Part shown: positions 61,565 to 64,000 of the stretch, in pieces
Numbering within the stretch: position 1 is the stretch's first letter
How the letters are laid out: each line of letters begins with the position of its first letter
DNA from: an uncultured Pseudomonadota bacterium
GTDB taxonomy: Bacteria > Chloroflexota > UBA5177 > JAJPKF01
Direction: 5' to 3'
Length of the DNA: 64,000 nt
NCBI GenBank assembly: GCA_963799725.1
Contig: CAWCYJ010000025.1
Location: 61,840 to 125,839, forward strand
Made by a program: the position numbers and the translations under genes
Notes under the pieces: generated by a model
Database searches by the model: none
The model's input: the letters and a program-made list of their open reading frames with translations, nothing else
What the model was told of the DNA's origin: nothing

Positions 61565-63304
61565 CCTCGACCCTGTACATCTTCAGATCGTAGAGGGAAC
61601 GCTGGCCTCGATCGAGGCAGAGGTGGAGGCGGCGATCGAACGGACGGCACGATCGCCCATGATTCGTGACCAGCATGACTACCGGGCCGGCATTCACGAC
61701 CGCTTCGCCCGCAAGCTGACCGGGGCGCTCCTACAGCGCCCTCGTCAACCCCATCATCCGTGACTTTCCGGTCGAGTAGATGGAGCCCGGAGACGTCTAC
61801 TTTCACAATGACGTTTACCTGTCGGAAGGAGGAATCGGCCATCTTCCCGATCTCTGCTCAACCGTCCCGGTCTTCTTTGAGGGCGAGGTGGTTGCTTTCA
61901 TCCAAGCCTTTGGCCACCACGACGACATCGGCGGGATGGTTCCGGGTAGCATGCCGGCGCAAGCCACCAGCATCTTTCAAGAAGGCTTGATGATCCCGCC
62001 GATCAAGCTGTACGCGGCGGGCGTTCGCAACGAGGCCGCCTACGCCATCATCTTCCGGAACAGCCGCTTGCCCCACAGCCTTCAGGGCGACATCGACGGG
62101 GAGATCGCCGCGTGCCAGATGGGAGCAGGCGGCTTACGCGAGCTATTTGAACGGTATGGCCGGTGATCAGTCGAGGCCTGCTTTGAGGCCATTCTGCGGC
62201 GGTGTGCCGACAATTTCCGTCGCGAGATCCTGCCCCGCATCCCGAACGGGAGTACGAGTGGGAGGACTACATCGAGCACGACGGTGTCGATCCGCCACGC
62301 CTGCATCCGCTCAAGATGACGATGACCAAACGCGAAGACAAGATCGTTCTGGATCTTGCGTGGCTCGCGCTCCTCAGACAAAGGGACCCATCAACTGGCC
62401 CGGGAATTACTGCGAGGGCCGTTTCCTCAATCAAATGGGTGGCGGTCGCGTTGCGAAACCTCGCCGAGACTCCAGAACGGATGGCCGAGATGGAAATCAA
62501 CGAGGGAATCTGCGACGTCATCGACATCATCTTTCCCGAGGAGCCGACGATCGTCTCGCCGCAGTTTCCCGGCTGCCACCAATGCCCGTTCGTTCACCAT
62601 CCTGCGGCTCATCGGACTGTTCGTCGGTGTGCTTGCCCATGCCGTTGACGGCATGGTCCCGGCCGATCAAGAGACGATTCGGTATTGGGGACTTGCATGG
62701 TGTGCGACGATGGAGGCGATTCTTCCTCTTACGCGAGGTGCTCGGCGGCGGCTCCGGCGGCCGGTACTACGCCGACGGAAGCGACTGCATCCACATCGTG
62801 CCCGACTCCAAGAACCTGCCGGTCGAGTTCGCCGAGACGCGATTTCCGATCGTCATCGAGCGGTTGGCTCTGGCGCAAGATTCAGGCGGGCCGGGCAAGT
62901 ATCGACGGGGAGGTCTCGGCTACCAAAAGGACGTGCGCGTCCTCCAGGACGTCGACTTCATCTCCACGGCCGACCGTTCGATCCTGAGCTGCTATGGAGT
63001 AAACGGCGGGAAGGCGGGCCTGCCCTATCGCGCCATCGTCAATCCGGAAACAGAGCAGGAGGTGAGGCTTCCAGGCATGGTGGACAACTATCGCCTGCGG
63101 CAGGGTGACCTTCTGAGCTTGCGTACGACGGGTGGCGGCGGGTGGGGAGATCCCCTCCAGCGCGAGCCTGAGAGAGTGCTGGCCGATGTCGGTCAGGGAA
63201 AGGTTTCACGGAGGGCGGCTCGAGAGGACTACGGCGTCGTATTCGAAGACATGGCTGACGGCCAGATAGCGATAGACGAGACCGCGACTGGTGAGCTGCC
63301 GTGA
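61521..63304 (+). pseudogene. hydantoinase B/oxoprolinase subunit (HyuB-like), multiply frameshifted
   Basis: The N-terminus (DPVHLQIVEGTLASIE), middle (MEPGDVYFHNDVY...GDIDGEIAACQ) and C-terminus (LSLRTTGGGGWGDP) lie in different frames. Confidence 0.65.
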
Positions 63305-63463
63305 GTCGTTAAGTCGAGATCGAGGGTCGCTTGAGCTGATCGATCGCGGGCCTGGATATCAAGCGCTAGCTAGCCAATCCCACTGAGCTTGCCAATGTGC
63401 ACACGTGCTTGGTGCGGCACACCCGTGGTGTTGGGGCCAGGCGACTTCCGAGCCGCGTCGACT

Positions 63464-64000
63464 CTACGACGTAACGTCACGCGTGGTGATGAAGTACAGT
63501 GTCAAAGCGGCCAAGATCGCCATGTAGATGGCAAGCGCAATGATGGACTGCACCTCTCCAGGGCTGCCCGCGGTCGGTCGGATGAATCGACCACCCAGAC
63601 TTCCCGACACCACCCGTTCAAGTGCCGAGCTTGTGTACGTAACCGGAAAATGGTCGGCGATCGACTTCCAGGGATTACCGAGTGCATCAAAGATTCCGGA
63701 GATGACCTGTTGCGCAATCCAGGAACCAATCCCAATGCCGATCCCGGCTGCTGGAGACTGAAAGATCGTTCCGGCGGCGAACGCGAGGATGAGGTAGTAG
63801 GTAATCACATACAAGATGACGACGAAGGTCTTGACCACGGTCAACCAGAAGTTGGCCGATAGACCGACGGTGAAGGCAAACGAGTGGCCAGTAACTAGCG
63901 CAACGATACCGCCGCCTATTAGGCCAACCACAAGGGCTAAGAGGAGAGCCAGGGTCGCCGTAAGGATGAGAACCACAACGCTGCTCAGGACGTACTCTAC
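63464..64000 (-). CDS. integral membrane protein (ABC-2-type permease-like), 5' end beyond window
   Basis: Hydrophobic ORF of five or more TM segments that stays open to the window edge upstream of its GTG start. Confidence 0.4.
   Translation of the reverse strand, partial: VEYVLSSVVVLILTATLALLLALVVGLIGGGIVALVTGHSFAFTVGLSANFWLTVVKTFVVILYVITYYLILAFAAGTIFQSPAAGIGIGIGSWIAQQVISGIFDALGNPWKSIADHFPVTYTSSALERVVSGSLGGRFIRPTAGSPGEVQSIIALAIYMAILAALTLYFITTRDVTS

Noticed and set aside
1-64000. CRISPR arrays, tRNA/rRNA genes, IS elements/transposases and integrases.
   Set aside because: No regularly spaced short repeats were seen. There are no GGTTCGAATCC-type T-arm motifs or rRNA-like conserved blocks in the intergenic regions. 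No DDE/tyrosine-recombinase-like ORFs were found.

Overview
This 64-kb window is high-GC bacterial chromosome, dominated by a complete division/cell-wall (dcw) cluster on the minus strand. From high to low coordinates the order is mraZ-rsmH-ftsL-ftsI-murF-mraY-murD-ftsW-murG-murC-murB-ftsQ-ftsA-ftsZ. murE and ddl are absent from the cluster and ftsA is present. An ECF sigma / zinc-finger anti-sigma pair and tatA lie divergently upstream of mraZ. Other recognisable genes are housekeeping: mrp/apbC, thpR, folB, lepB, a PadR regulator, a MiaB-family methylthiotransferase, comF, a biotin-carboxylase/BCCP fusion, an MFS transporter, sat, an S9 peptidase, a PIG-L deacetylase, a GGDEF-EAL protein, nadE, a TrmH-family methyltransferase and a site-2 protease. 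The 3' third is accessory-like. It holds a DUF2877-FdrA-DUF1116 triad, a PASTA-domain lipoprotein and a 2.6-kb islet of small hypothetical genes (DUF4279-like, DUF2283-like). It then carries a NitT/TauT ABC transporter followed by CoxM/CoxS/CoxL-type molybdo-dehydrogenase and hydantoinase A/B genes. The most interesting signal is an ~88-nt element present twice (48997-49083 and 51646-51733) at about 94% identity with a compensatory base-pair swap in a hairpin. One copy sits directly upstream of the ABC/dehydrogenase/hydantoinase operon and the other follows a good sigma70-like promoter. This is consistent with an uncharacterised structured cis-regulatory RNA (candidate riboswitch) or a conserved att/repeat element; I could not assign it to a known riboswitch class. 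The second striking signal is a high density of frameshifts. They hit murC (three within about 90 nt), murF (two), ftsI (a compensating pair), ycaQ, and especially coxL, hyuA and hyuB (roughly one per 200-300 bp), while neighbouring genes are intact. Because essential genes are affected, these look more like sequencing/assembly indels than true pseudogenes, but that needs read-level confirmation. I found no tRNA, rRNA, CRISPR or IS/transposase.
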